A stretch of DNA of 64,000 nt from assembly GCA_964449245.1 (NCBI GenBank), contig CAYUXY010000003.1:13222-77221 (forward strand). Reading direction: 5' to 3'. The DNA comes from an uncultured Candidatus Saccharibacteria bacterium (lineage in GTDB: Bacteria; Patescibacteriota; Minisyncoccia; UBA6257; GWB1-50-10). Of the stretch, positions 48,640 to 58,085 are shown in pieces. How positions within the stretch are numbered: the first letter of the stretch is position 1; each line of letters opens with the position of its first letter. Under the pieces are notes generated by a model. It was not told where the DNA came from and made no database searches. It saw only the letters and a list, made by a program, of their open reading frames with translations. A program made the translations under genes and the position numbers.

Positions 48640-48912
48640 ATGAGAACAGTCCACAGTGATTCTTTGGGGGTTTGTGAGCATTGCGGGCATATTTTTCCGG
48701 CCCGCGATGTCGTTAAAGAAGGAGAAGATGGGAAATGTCCAAAGTGTAATAAAGAAATTTCCGCAGCAACCTTTGGGTATAGGAAGTTTAGAAAAAAATG
48801 GAGAAAAAATCGGTGGCTCGGCCCAGATGGAAAATGGATCGATACGGAACCATCCGAAAACTTCTCAATTGGAGAATTGTACATAATAGTTTCCAAACGA
48901 GAATATCATTAA
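48640..48912 (+). CDS. small zinc-ribbon protein
   Basis: Start at MRTVH after AGGCGGGTG SD; CEHCGH...CPKCNK double CxxC; track ORF begins 31 codons upstream. Confidence 0.45.
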   Translation: MRTVHSDSLGVCEHCGHIFPARDVVKEGEDGKCPKCNKEISAATFGYRKFRKKWRKNRWLGPDGKWIDTEPSENFSIGELYIIVSKREYH

Positions 48913-48914
48913 AA

Positions 48915-48952
48915 AGCAGATGGAGAAACTCCATCTGCTTTCACGTTATTTT
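48915..48952. terminator. bidirectional rho-independent terminator
   Basis: agcagatggag-aaa-ctccatctgct 11-bp stem with T-run after it on plus strand and A-run (T on minus) before it; sits between convergent genes. Confidence 0.55.
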
Positions 48953-48961
48953 GGAATAAAT

Positions 48962-49813
48962 TTATACTTTATCTGAATAAAATTTCTGGTTATAAATCTC
49001 TAATATTAGCCTGCCTTTTTCTCCTTGATCGGGACATCCTTTGTATATAGTTACGCCACAATTTATTGGCTTATCGGTATTGTCTATTTCTATAAATTTT
49101 TCACGATCCCATCTTTCGAGATTCGCCCTTAGGCTCAACAACGTCAAATGATGCGAGATGACGAGTACATTCTGATTAGAGTTTTCCCTAATAAGTGTTG
49201 AAATAAAACTACGCATTCTGTCGCGAACGTCCGCCTTGTTCTCTCCGTTCAAATAGCGATATTCATAATCCCCCTCCAGCTTGAATAAAAGTCCTTGAAG
49301 AGGATTGAACACGTAGTATATTTTCCAGTCGTTAAATAGCGTCCCTATGCCGTGCTCCTGTTCACGAACCCTTTCGTCATAAATCGTTTTTACGTTCGCT
49401 AAATCCGGCCAACTCTTCTTTATCGCGTCAAAAGTCTGGCGAGTTCGAAGATAAGTTGAAACATAAACAACGTCCGGCAGATATATTTTATTTTTCAGTA
49501 TTAATCCGGTTTCTTCGGCCTGCAAAAATCCGGATTCCGTAAGAGGCGTATTATAATCGCTAACATTAAGCTTCGTTTTTTCCCATATCTGCGTTGCCAT
49601 TGATTTAAGACTATCACTCGGCCAGTTATCTGACTTAGCGTTTTTGAATTCATCGTCGAACAGTTCGCAAAATTTTTTATATTCTGGATCCTGTTTCTTT
49701 GCTATCTTAAGCTGATTATATAATGACTCTCCGTGCCTTATAAATACGAGCGACGATGGCCATTTCATATTTGCATCGTATTCATTTGCACTATTTTCTT
49801 CTGAATAATTCAT
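48962..49813 (-). CDS. histidine phosphatase family protein (PGAM-like)
   Basis: 283 aa; LVFIRHGESLYN catalytic RHG motif. Confidence 0.75.
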   Translation of the reverse strand: MNYSEENSANEYDANMKWPSSLVFIRHGESLYNQLKIAKKQDPEYKKFCELFDDEFKNAKSDNWPSDSLKSMATQIWEKTKLNVSDYNTPLTESGFLQAEETGLILKNKIYLPDVVYVSTYLRTRQTFDAIKKSWPDLANVKTIYDERVREQEHGIGTLFNDWKIYYVFNPLQGLLFKLEGDYEYRYLNGENKADVRDRMRSFISTLIRENSNQNVLVISHHLTLLSLRANLERWDREKFIEIDNTDKPINCGVTIYKGCPDQGEKGRLILEIYNQKFYSDKV

Positions 49814-49818
49814 CGCTT

Positions 49819-51027
49819 TTAATTTTTGATTGATTCGATAAGAATTTCTAATCCTCTTTCTAAAATCTCTTGCGGAATCGTGAGTGGGGGCATTATTTGC
49901 ATATTTTCTTGACTGCCAACCACCACATTAAGTCCGGCATCAAAAGCCTTTAGTTGTGTAGTCTTACAAGTTTCGACATCTTTGAACCGCACGCCGATTT
50001 CCATACCCATACCATCAACAGAAATAATTTTATCACCGACAAGATTCGCGAGACGCTCTTGAATATACTTTCCTTTTTTCTCTGCCACTTCCCACATTTT
50101 ATCGCGCTTATGTATCTGAAGCGTCTTTAATGCGGCCGCACAGGCAATCGGCGTCCAGCCAAAGGTTGAAATTAACATAGCTTCGTCAAAGGCGGGTTCA
50201 AAAATATTTGATTTCCCCACTACCGTTCCTATTCCAGCCGTACCATTTGAAATTCCTTTCGCAAGACAAACCATATCTGGCACAATATTTTCGTGTTCAA
50301 TTCCAAAAAGCTTTCCGGTACGAGAAAAGCCCGTTCCTACCTCGTCTATAATAAGTAGCGTGCCATATTTTGCAGTAATCTCCCTTATCTTTGTAAGACT
50401 GCCGACATAGGCTACCAAAGTCGAACCCCAGCCGGTAATAATGCTCGGCTCTGTCACAACCGCAGCCACGTCTTCTTTGGAAATAATCTTTTCAAATTCA
50501 ATGAGAAACTTTCGAAAACCATCTTCACCAATATCCTTGTGCGGAAAATCAATAGGTATAATATCCGGAACTAACGGATTTAATTTACCGCGCGATGACG
50601 CCGGAGCTCCGAGCGCGAGCGAGGCAAATAATTGCCCGTGATAAAGGCCGTTAAAGCCGATTATCTTTTTGCGATTCGTGTATACGCGAGCAACTTTGAT
50701 TGCTACTTCTACAGATTCGGTACCGCCGGTTTCCTTAACACACGCGTCAAGCTCTTTTGGGAAAACGGCGGTTAATGCTGTTGCGTATTCTTCCTGAACA
50801 GGATCGGAACCCCAAAGAAGCCCCTGCGCGTTCTTTTTAGCCTGCGCAATAATCGCATCTCTTATTTCAGGATGATTCCAACCCAAATTGGTAACGTTCC
50901 ATCCGGAGCTAAAATCAATATATTCCTTGCCACTCCTATCCCAAATAAGCGAGCCCTCTGCCTTAGAAAGAGGAAAATATTCATATTTACCCTTGAAATT
51001 CCGATAAACAATTGAGTTCTCAATCAT
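49819..51027 (-). CDS. class III PLP-dependent aminotransferase
   Basis: 402 aa; LLIIDEVGTGFSRTG and PDMVCLAKGISNG (PLP lysine) motifs. Confidence 0.8.
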   Translation of the reverse strand: MIENSIVYRNFKGKYEYFPLSKAEGSLIWDRSGKEYIDFSSGWNVTNLGWNHPEIRDAIIAQAKKNAQGLLWGSDPVQEEYATALTAVFPKELDACVKETGGTESVEVAIKVARVYTNRKKIIGFNGLYHGQLFASLALGAPASSRGKLNPLVPDIIPIDFPHKDIGEDGFRKFLIEFEKIISKEDVAAVVTEPSIITGWGSTLVAYVGSLTKIREITAKYGTLLIIDEVGTGFSRTGKLFGIEHENIVPDMVCLAKGISNGTAGIGTVVGKSNIFEPAFDEAMLISTFGWTPIACAAALKTLQIHKRDKMWEVAEKKGKYIQERLANLVGDKIISVDGMGMEIGVRFKDVETCKTTQLKAFDAGLNVVVGSQENMQIMPPLTIPQEILERGLEILIESIKN

Positions 51028-51061
51028 TTTAAAATTTTCGATTTGATTTTATATAAAAATA

Positions 51062-51787
51062 TTATTTTTTCGTAACCACGATTGTTTCCATCATTACATC
51101 CGTTGGACGAGTAAGCGCAAACAATACCACATCAGCAACATCTTCGACTTTCATCATCCACGGTTGATTATGAGCATCGGTATTGCCTGCAGTTTCAAAA
51201 ATATCACTATCAAATCCTCCCGGGTAAAAACCTGTCACTTTTACTTTTGTGTCTTTCAGTGCCGAGAGTAATGCATTAGTATACCCGCGCATAGCCCACT
51301 TACTCGCGCCATACGTTCTCCATAGACTGTTGTCCCCCGAAGGACTATCGCTCGTCCCAGAGGTCGAAATAACATTGAAAATATAACCGGCATTTTTATT
51401 TTTAAAATAAGGCAAAAATGCTTCTGTAAATTCAATATGACCAAGTGTGTTTGTTTCAATGGCTGTCTGACGTAGTTCAGGATGAGTTTGTTCAAGTTCC
51501 TCTTCCGTCCAAATACCTGCATTATTAATCAAAACATCAATAGTGTGGTCTTTTATAATTTTTGAAACCGTCATACGCACATCAGACGCATTTCTGATAT
51601 CACAACTGAATGTAAACGCATGGCTACCGATATCTTCAATAAGTTTTTTAGTTTCCGCGAGTTTAGTTTCGTCACGCGCAATAAGTACCAACGTTGCCCC
51701 CAGTTTGGCGGCTTTTTGCGCAATCATCTTGCCCAAACCATGGCTTGCTCCAGTAATAAGTATAGTTTTCCCGTTAAGTTCTTCCAT
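51062..51787 (-). CDS. SDR family oxidoreductase
   Basis: 241 aa; TILITGASHGLG, NNAG, YGASK catalytic triad. Confidence 0.8.
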   Translation of the reverse strand: MEELNGKTILITGASHGLGKMIAQKAAKLGATLVLIARDETKLAETKKLIEDIGSHAFTFSCDIRNASDVRMTVSKIIKDHTIDVLINNAGIWTEEELEQTHPELRQTAIETNTLGHIEFTEAFLPYFKNKNAGYIFNVISTSGTSDSPSGDNSLWRTYGASKWAMRGYTNALLSALKDTKVKVTGFYPGGFDSDIFETAGNTDAHNQPWMMKVEDVADVVLFALTRPTDVMMETIVVTKK

Positions 51788-51840
51788 AGCTTCAGTTTAA
51801 CCTAAATTTAACAGCAGTTCCAAATAAAGGAAGCTAACAA

Positions 51841-52929
51841 TCAAAAATCTTTATGTCCGAATTTTTTTAGCTCATCCTTCGCTTTCTTTATAAATTTGCC
51901 AAATTTGCGCTCTTTTTCTCTTCTCTCGAGGTCGTTCATTTCATAAAACTCCGCTTCTTTCTTCAAATTAATGTAATTTGAATATTTTCCCCTATCCAAT
52001 GTTCCGGATTTTAATGCCGAAAGCACTGCACACCCGGGTTCGTTCGTATGCGTACAGTCGGTAAACTTGCATCCATGAGATAAAGACGTTATTTCATCAA
52101 AAATATCATTTATACCGGCATCCGAATCTGTCATTCCCACTTCCCTCATTCCCGGATTATCTACAACGATTCCCCCGTTTTCCAAAAAATATATTTCCCT
52201 GTTTGTTGTGGCATGTTTCCCCCTGCCCGTGCCAAATCCTATATCTTCTGTTTTTATCACATTTTCTCCAAGTAATTTATTGATTAAAGAAGATTTTCCA
52301 ACGCCGGACGAACCTAAGAAACAATAAGTTTTCCCGCTTAAAATATATTTCCTAATCTCATCTAACCCGTCATCCGTTACTATACTCGTTAAGATAATGT
52401 CCGTATCATTAAATCTATTTTTCAGCTCATTCAATTTCAATTTTAGTTCTTCTTTGCTTATTAAATCTAATTTGTTAATTATAATAGCGGATTTTACGCC
52501 ACCGTCCTCGGCTATCGAAAGATATCTTTCAATACGATTCAAGTTATAATCTCTGCCAATAGATTCCACAATGAACGCGACGTCTATGTTTGTAGCTATA
52601 ATTTGAGATCCGGTTTTATTGTTATATTTCCTTTTTATTATCGTCTTTCTGGGCAATACGGATTCAATTACGGCATGGCCTGCTTCAAGCTCGGTAATTG
52701 CCACCCAGTCTCCAACTGCCGGATAGTCCTCTCTTGATGATGCATCAAACATCCGCTTTCCGGTTATTTTAGCGAAATATTCGCCGTTTGAATTTTTAAT
52801 CTTATAAGACCCCCTGTGCTCCACCACAACACGCGCAACAGAAAACTTATCTAACCCTAATTTATTACGGTTAGATTCAAAAAAATCATCATATCCCAAA
52901 TCTTCGTTTTTCATTTTGTTATTTAACAA
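51841..52929 (-). CDS. rsgA: ribosome small-subunit-dependent GTPase A
   Basis: 362 aa; circularly permuted GTPase (NKLDL..., GSSGVGKSSLIN), C-terminal zinc finger CKFTDCTHTNEPGCAV. Confidence 0.85.
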   Translation of the reverse strand: MLNNKMKNEDLGYDDFFESNRNKLGLDKFSVARVVVEHRGSYKIKNSNGEYFAKITGKRMFDASSREDYPAVGDWVAITELEAGHAVIESVLPRKTIIKRKYNNKTGSQIIATNIDVAFIVESIGRDYNLNRIERYLSIAEDGGVKSAIIINKLDLISKEELKLKLNELKNRFNDTDIILTSIVTDDGLDEIRKYILSGKTYCFLGSSGVGKSSLINKLLGENVIKTEDIGFGTGRGKHATTNREIYFLENGGIVVDNPGMREVGMTDSDAGINDIFDEITSLSHGCKFTDCTHTNEPGCAVLSALKSGTLDRGKYSNYINLKKEAEFYEMNDLERREKERKFGKFIKKAKDELKKFGHKDF

Positions 52930-52986
52930 TACAAAATAAGCATATCACAAGCGATTTACAAAGCCTCGCCCAATAAATCGGAATGA

Positions 52987-53511
52987 CTATATTTCTATAT
53001 CCTCCAAATCAAACGCGTGAAGAGGGCTCCCTGCGATAATAGCCTGCGCTTCTTCATATCCAATACTATAATCAAAATCCCATCGTGGAGGAAGAGCAAA
53101 GACATACATATTATTGCGTGCCAATTCGCTCGCTGGTATTGGCGCCGCCGATACGGAAAAATCTTCTGTAAGATACGCGTTCCATTGTGGAATGGTAAAT
53201 ATTAATACGGGCAAATCTTCGTATGGCGCCGTTACTGTCCAGTTTGGATTCCTTATAATGATTTCCGACCCAGTTGGCGCAACCCCATTTGTGAGCGAAT
53301 TTCCTTTCCATGCGTCTTTGATAATTGAATACCCTTCCCAATCATCAGGCAAAGAAAATGTGAACCCATAATCAGTATTATTGTATATAACCGACACATC
53401 GTTCGGATTGTTTATGACCAATTCATTATCAATACGAGCGGAATAGACATAATACAGCCCTACACCGAGAGCGACGATAATTACTACCGCAATTAATGTT
53501 TTTTTGTTCAT
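52987..53511 (-). CDS. hypothetical membrane-anchored protein
   Basis: Start taken at MNKKTL preceding a TM helix; no motif. Confidence 0.35.
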   Translation of the reverse strand: MNKKTLIAVVIIVALGVGLYYVYSARIDNELVINNPNDVSVIYNNTDYGFTFSLPDDWEGYSIIKDAWKGNSLTNGVAPTGSEIIIRNPNWTVTAPYEDLPVLIFTIPQWNAYLTEDFSVSAAPIPASELARNNMYVFALPPRWDFDYSIGYEEAQAIIAGSPLHAFDLEDIEI

Positions 53512-53590
53512 ATCTATAAGCCGTCTAAATGCTTGAAATATTTCAGGGGGGGCTGGCTCAAATTCTGAAATGCTCATTTTACATCTGAAA

Positions 53591-54484
53591 TTATCCGCGA
53601 TCTTGGCAATTGTCTCGCTTACTCTCGTCCCATGCCCTTAATAAAACCCGATGATCTTTCGCAATCTGGTCACATAATTGACTAAATTTATTATTATAAG
53701 ATGAAGCAAAAACCATTTTGTTGCAAAGCTCGACCATAAGTTGACCAATAATATATAAAAATTGCGTTATCCAAAATTTTTCGGTTTTTGTATAACCGGC
53801 CGTTTGGTTAGTAAATCCAATGTGAGTGTAGTCAGAATATATTCGATAATATTTGTTATAAAAATTCTCCGCACCATCCTTTTCCCACCACCGAAAAGTC
53901 TCTACGGAAAGCTCCTCAAAATATTTTTGCTGAAAAATAAAATCAAACTTAGGAAAATCAAAACCGATGTCTTTAATACAGCGTTTAGAGAATAGGATTA
54001 TATCTGATGGAAATAATATATTTTGATCGGTCAATATAGAACCGAGAATGTTAAGAAATCTATCGTATTCTTTTTTTATATCCTTAGATTGCGGAGTAAT
54101 AAATCTATAATAATCGCTATGGCGCAATAAATATTTACCAGTGAATATACCTATTTTTGTTCTTTCGTCCTGATTCAAAAAATAAAGGAATTCTCCATAT
54201 ATTTCCATAAGGATGCGACATAATGGCAAGAAGAAATGGAAATCAGTTTCTTTTTCCGTTTCCAATTTACAAAACAAAAACTCATATTGATCCCAAAAGT
54301 TTTTTATATATAAATATTCGGCCTCTCGCTGAATAGATTCTTTTTGTTCTGCAAGAGGAATGTTCCGTATGTCTGGCTTGATCTTTGTGGGAAATTCATC
54401 AATCTGTTCCTGAGCTATCTTTAACGCAATTTTTATTGCTGTCATATAATTATTATCGTTCATGCATTTATACATCAACTTCAA
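53591..54484 (-). CDS. hypothetical protein (Tyr/Phe-rich, cytoplasmic), divergent from R-M module
   Basis: 297-aa ORF; no recognisable motif. Confidence 0.4.
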   Translation of the reverse strand: MKLMYKCMNDNNYMTAIKIALKIAQEQIDEFPTKIKPDIRNIPLAEQKESIQREAEYLYIKNFWDQYEFLFCKLETEKETDFHFFLPLCRILMEIYGEFLYFLNQDERTKIGIFTGKYLLRHSDYYRFITPQSKDIKKEYDRFLNILGSILTDQNILFPSDIILFSKRCIKDIGFDFPKFDFIFQQKYFEELSVETFRWWEKDGAENFYNKYYRIYSDYTHIGFTNQTAGYTKTEKFWITQFLYIIGQLMVELCNKMVFASSYNNKFSQLCDQIAKDHRVLLRAWDESKRDNCQDRG

Positions 54485-54554
54485 TAAGTAAACGCGACGT
54501 TCTTGTTTTTATACTCAATAAATTTTCTTTCCTTTTGTGTGGATAACCGTGCTT

Positions 54555-54582
54555 TGCTTTTCGGTTTTTGTTCGGTTATATT
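54555..54582 (+). promoter_or_regulatory. candidate promoter of the LexA-methyltransferase gene with TTCGGTT direct repeats
   Basis: TTGCTT (54555-54560) -16- TATATT (54577-54582); TTCGGTT at 54560-54566 and 54571-54577 (11-bp spacing) lie in the spacer. Confidence 0.25.
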
Positions 54583-54615
54583 GGAATTGTAGCACAAATA
54601 GACCTTAAAAACGCC

Positions 54616-56193
54616 ATGCCGAACCTCACAAAAAAGCAAAAGCAAGTCCTTGATCTAATAGACACCTACCTTGATGAAAATGGGATATCTCCAACTATTG
54701 AAGAACTACGAAAAAAACTAAACTTAAAAGCGGTTTCTACTGTTCACGAACATATCGATTCCTTAAAAAGGAAAGGTTACCTCGCTAAAACTGAGAATTC
54801 TATTAGAAGTTTGACGCCAAAAAATAAAATGCGGTCAGTAATTGAGATCCCAATACTTGGGAGTATTAAGGCTGGATATCCTCTACCGGCAATAGAAGAG
54901 AGAGACGGCTCTGTTTCTGTAATAAATCCGCAAATCAGATCATCGGAAGGTTATTACGCACTTCGTGTTGTAGGCGATTCAATGATAGATGATGGTATTT
55001 TTGATGGCGACATCGTTGTTATTAAACATCAGACTGTCGCGGAAAATGGACAAACTGTCGTAGCAATAATTGACGATAACGAAGCAACACTGAAAAGACT
55101 TTATAGAAAAGGGAAAGGGTTTAATCTCGAACCAAGGAATCCTAACATGCAAACTTTATTTAGAACCGACGTTGAGGTGCGAGGTGTCGTCGTTCAAATC
55201 ATAAGCAATATAACCAACCGCCCGGAAAAAAACGTTTTAAAAAAAGCAAAACACGAGCTCAGGACGATTGATCTTTTTGCTGGAGTTGGTGGAATACGCT
55301 TAGGATTTGAAAACGCTGGATTTAAGACAGTCTTCGCAAATGATTTTGAGCCTCAATGCAAAAATACATACGACATAAACTTCAGAGATTCTAAATTGGT
55401 TGTCGAAGATATTAGAAAAATTGGCATTGATGATTTACCCAAATTTGACTTTCTTTTGGGTGGCTTCCCCTGTCAGGCTTTTTCTATTGCAGGATATAGA
55501 CAAGGATTTGATGATAAAAAAGGCAGAGGAAATTTATTTTTTGATATTACTCGAATTTTAGAAGCCAGAAAGCCGGAGGGTTTCCTTTTGGAAAATGTTA
55601 AAAATTTAAAAAGCCACGATGGTGGCAAAACTTTCAAAATTATTGAAGAGGCATTAAAAGACCTTGGCTACCATGTAAAAATTAAAGTCTTAAATACCAT
55701 GGAATACGGGAATATTCCCCAAAACCGAGAAAGGATATATATTGTGGGTTTTAAAAACAAATTATATTCAGATAGATTTGAATTTCCTAGTCCAGTCAAA
55801 TTAACTACAAAAATTACTGATTTGATAGAAACAGATGTTCCGGAGAAATACTACTACAATAGCAAGCCTTTGTTTGAAAAATTAAAAAATTCGATAAAAG
55901 AAGAGGGAAAAATTTATCAATGGCGTAGGCAATATGTCAGAGAAAATAAAAGTGGAGTGTGCCCAACCTTAACTGCAAATATGGGAACTGGAGGACACAA
56001 TGTACCAATCATTAAGGACAAAAAAGGTATAAGAAAACTAACTCCTTTAGAATGTTTCCGAATTCAAGGGTTTCCAAAGAACTATAATTTGCCAAAAATT
56101 TCTGACTCAGCTTTATATAAACAAGCTGGTAATTCTGTTAGTGTTCCGGTTGTTGAGTCCGTGGCAAGACAAATGATGAAAGCGATGGAGTAA
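54616..56193 (+). CDS. fusion protein: full-length LexA-like repressor (winged HTH + S24 autopeptidase) joined to a C5-cytosine DNA methyltransferase
   Basis: N-terminal LTKKQKQVLDLI...GISPTIEEL...KRKGYL (LexA DNA-binding); IPILGSIKAGYP (Ala-Gly site); VVGDSM (Ser); TLKRLYRKG (Lys); then DLFAGVGG (motif I), GFPCQAFSIAG (IV), ENV (VI), QNRER (VIII), AGNSV (X); single uninterrupted frame. Confidence 0.8.
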   Translation: MPNLTKKQKQVLDLIDTYLDENGISPTIEELRKKLNLKAVSTVHEHIDSLKRKGYLAKTENSIRSLTPKNKMRSVIEIPILGSIKAGYPLPAIEERDGSVSVINPQIRSSEGYYALRVVGDSMIDDGIFDGDIVVIKHQTVAENGQTVVAIIDDNEATLKRLYRKGKGFNLEPRNPNMQTLFRTDVEVRGVVVQIISNITNRPEKNVLKKAKHELRTIDLFAGVGGIRLGFENAGFKTVFANDFEPQCKNTYDINFRDSKLVVEDIRKIGIDDLPKFDFLLGGFPCQAFSIAGYRQGFDDKKGRGNLFFDITRILEARKPEGFLLENVKNLKSHDGGKTFKIIEEALKDLGYHVKIKVLNTMEYGNIPQNRERIYIVGFKNKLYSDRFEFPSPVKLTTKITDLIETDVPEKYYYNSKPLFEKLKNSIKEEGKIYQWRRQYVRENKSGVCPTLTANMGTGGHNVPIIKDKKGIRKLTPLECFRIQGFPKNYNLPKISDSALYKQAGNSVSVPVVESVARQMMKAME

Positions 56194-56772
56194 TTACCAA
56201 ACTTTTACTTTTGTTGCGATTGGTTTTATTTTATTCTTTGCAAGAACATCTTTTTTGATACAAAAGCGAGGCCTGCGTTTTTCTTCTTGTTGATCTTTTA
56301 ATGTCTGATTTTTATTTACCTTGTTTTCATAAATTAACTTGCTTGATATCTGATAAATATCAAACTTTCCATCAACTTTTCCTTCGCTATAAAAATCAAG
56401 AAAATACAAATCGTCCCATCTTGATCTTGGCCCAAAAGAAGTCAAATCATTTTCTACACTACAAGCTTTAATTTGTTCTGCCCTCCCTGTTTTTGTGTTG
56501 AAAGTATCAAATGAAGTATTTGATAATCCATATGCCGATATAAAACGAGATGAGCCAGACCAAAGACAGAATGCGACTTCAGAAAGTCCTTCAGGGAAAT
56601 TTGGTTCACGTGATTTATACTCTCGCATACCCATTTTCAAGCCTCTCCATAAATCAAAAGTGGACTTCCATTTCTTTCCGTCTGATTTTGTGAAATCCAT
56701 TATTTCTAACAAACATTCTTCACCAAAGACTTTAGTTTTGATTTTCCGAATGTGCATATAATTACTTAACAA
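56194..56772 (-). CDS. putative small Type II restriction endonuclease (R gene of C-controlled operon)
   Basis: 192-aa ORF convergent with and abutting the methyltransferase (0-nt gap); overlapped at its 5' end by an upstream HTH C-protein gene, the classic C-R arrangement; no family assigned from sequence alone. Confidence 0.4.
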   Translation of the reverse strand: MLSNYMHIRKIKTKVFGEECLLEIMDFTKSDGKKWKSTFDLWRGLKMGMREYKSREPNFPEGLSEVAFCLWSGSSRFISAYGLSNTSFDTFNTKTGRAEQIKACSVENDLTSFGPRSRWDDLYFLDFYSEGKVDGKFDIYQISSKLIYENKVNKNQTLKDQQEEKRRPRFCIKKDVLAKNKIKPIATKVKVW

Positions 56773-56983
56773 AAAAATCCAGCGATTTCTTGTATATTTT
56801 TGCGAACTCTTTCAACTGCAAAACATCAAATCGTCTTTGGCCAGATTCTATTTTTGAAAGATAAGACTGAGTTTTGCCAAGTTTGTTTGCAACTTCTGTC
56901 TGACCAAGCCCAGACTCAATACGCGCCACCTTCAGGCGTTCAACAATTTTTTTATGGTCATCTTGATAAATCGCTCTCGGCAT
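56762..56983 (-). CDS. controller (C) protein, XRE-family HTH
   Basis: 73 aa; GLGQTEVANKLGKTQSYLSKIESGQRR HTH_3; overlaps the downstream ORF by 11 nt. Confidence 0.7.
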   Translation of the reverse strand: MPRAIYQDDHKKIVERLKVARIESGLGQTEVANKLGKTQSYLSKIESGQRRFDVLQLKEFAKIYKKSLDFFVK

Positions 56984-56998
56984 ACATTTATATGATAG

Positions 56999-57020
56999 TA
57001 TTCCATTGTGGATTATTCCA
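56999..57020 (-). promoter_or_regulatory. direct repeats TATTCCA x2 upstream of C gene (candidate C-box/operator)
   Basis: tattcca at 56999-57005 and 57014-57020, i.e. 16-37 nt upstream of the C-protein start. Confidence 0.2.
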
Positions 57021-57097
57021 AATTGCCATATCTTGCTACTCCAACAAAAAAACTCCTATAAATAGGCCTTTTTCAATAACTTTTTAGATGTTATTTA

Positions 57098-57559
57098 TTA
57101 TCTTTGCAGTCCAGCAATTCCAATAAATATCTGATATGACCCGAGTAAAACGGCAATCATTATAGACAATATAGCGATCCACATAGCTCTACGAGACGAT
57201 TTCATAGCCTCTTTGATTTCTAAGTATTGCATAAGGCGAAATTTATCCTTAAATGTCATCAACAATTTTTCTTTCAAAACATCCTTACCATTTTCTGTTT
57301 TTGTATATTCTACACTTTTAAATACTTCGCCAATTTTTATTAAACCTCGCAAATATTCTGCTTGATTATCATCTAGCCACAAACATTGCTTCATTTCATT
57401 AAAAGTAAAACCTTCTCGATGATCATCGCCGTATTTTAACACTCTAATACAAAGATCTTTGTCTAATCTGTAAATCCTATTATAATCTAATATCCTGCCT
57501 TTAATATCCTTTTTTATTCCTGCAAAAATCATTTTTGCAATAAACCAAGTTTTTTTCAT
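57098..57559 (-). CDS. hypothetical protein with C-terminal TM helix
   Basis: 153-aa ORF; no motif. Confidence 0.35.
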   Translation of the reverse strand: MKKTWFIAKMIFAGIKKDIKGRILDYNRIYRLDKDLCIRVLKYGDDHREGFTFNEMKQCLWLDDNQAEYLRGLIKIGEVFKSVEYTKTENGKDVLKEKLLMTFKDKFRLMQYLEIKEAMKSSRRAMWIAILSIMIAVLLGSYQIFIGIAGLQR

Positions 57560-57599
57560 AAATACTTTTTATTTTTCTGCTTTAAAAACACAATTTTAT

Positions 57600-57985
57600 C
57601 ATTTTTGCCTCGATGCTTGCAATCGGAGAACTTAAAAACCTAAGCTTTAAAATCTCGGTTTTCGGTGGTTTTGCTACTAAATCCGGACAAAGGTCTACCT
57701 GCGGTAGACAGGATTCGCCTACAAATCTCTCCTCGTCGTCACTCGTCGAGTTCGCAGGCCGCCCCTCGCGATTCCGCCTACTGGCGAAATATCGCTGCGG
57801 TCTTCGAATCCCTGTCGCACGCAAAGCAGTTTGCGTGCTTCCGGCACAATTTGTCCCTCGATGTTGCTCGGGACACTTCACCTCGCTTGATAATGTGCTG
57901 AAAGCACTGAGCGAGCGAAGCGAGTCGAAGTGCTGTGTTGTGTGGTCTAGTAACCGCACCTTTCAATCAGTATAAGGCTTTTTTG
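57600..57985. other. G/C-richer segment with no credible ORF; candidate structured ncRNA or decayed foreign gene
   Basis: Composition visibly shifts from the surrounding AT-rich DNA; ORFs open on both strands give non-protein-like translations; palindrome gtctacc-gca-ggtagac (57697-57713); ends with weak hairpin + TTTTTT (57975-57982). Confidence 0.3.
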
Positions 57986-58045
57986 TGTTCCTGTTTAGGA
58001 TTTTACTGACGCCTCTAGGTCTATCTAAGTTTTCTTACTTTACAT

Positions 58046-58085
58046 GCCACTTCACTACCCTGGAAACTACAACGCCCCTTATTAA
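58046..58085. terminator. long imperfect hairpin downstream of the terminase-like gene
   Basis: aactacaacgcccctt-attaa-gggacgttgtagtt (~15 bp stem). Confidence 0.3.

Noticed and set aside
54560-54600. Shared 8-mer TTGTAGCA/TGCTACAA upstream of both lexA and the LexA-methyltransferase gene as a common operator
   Set aside because: It occurs in opposite orientation relative to the two genes and is not part of a dyad. An 8-mer coincidence is plausible in AT-rich DNA.
57582-57975. ORF-track CDS candidates 57582..57959 (-) and 57613..57975 (+)
   Set aside because: Both strands are open because of local G/C richness. The translations are Arg/Ser/Cys-rich with no protein-like periodicity, so I treat the segment as noncoding or decayed.
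57600-57985. tmRNA (ssrA) or RNase P RNA as identity of the G/C-rich segment, with the island integrated at its 3' end
   Set aside because: No GGGG...tRNA-like acceptor/T-arm pairing, no tag-peptide reading frame ending in AA-stop, and no RNase P P4 (GGAAAGUCCGG) or CCGGCUUA motifs on either strand. The TTCGAATCC at 57793 lacks a complementary T-stem.
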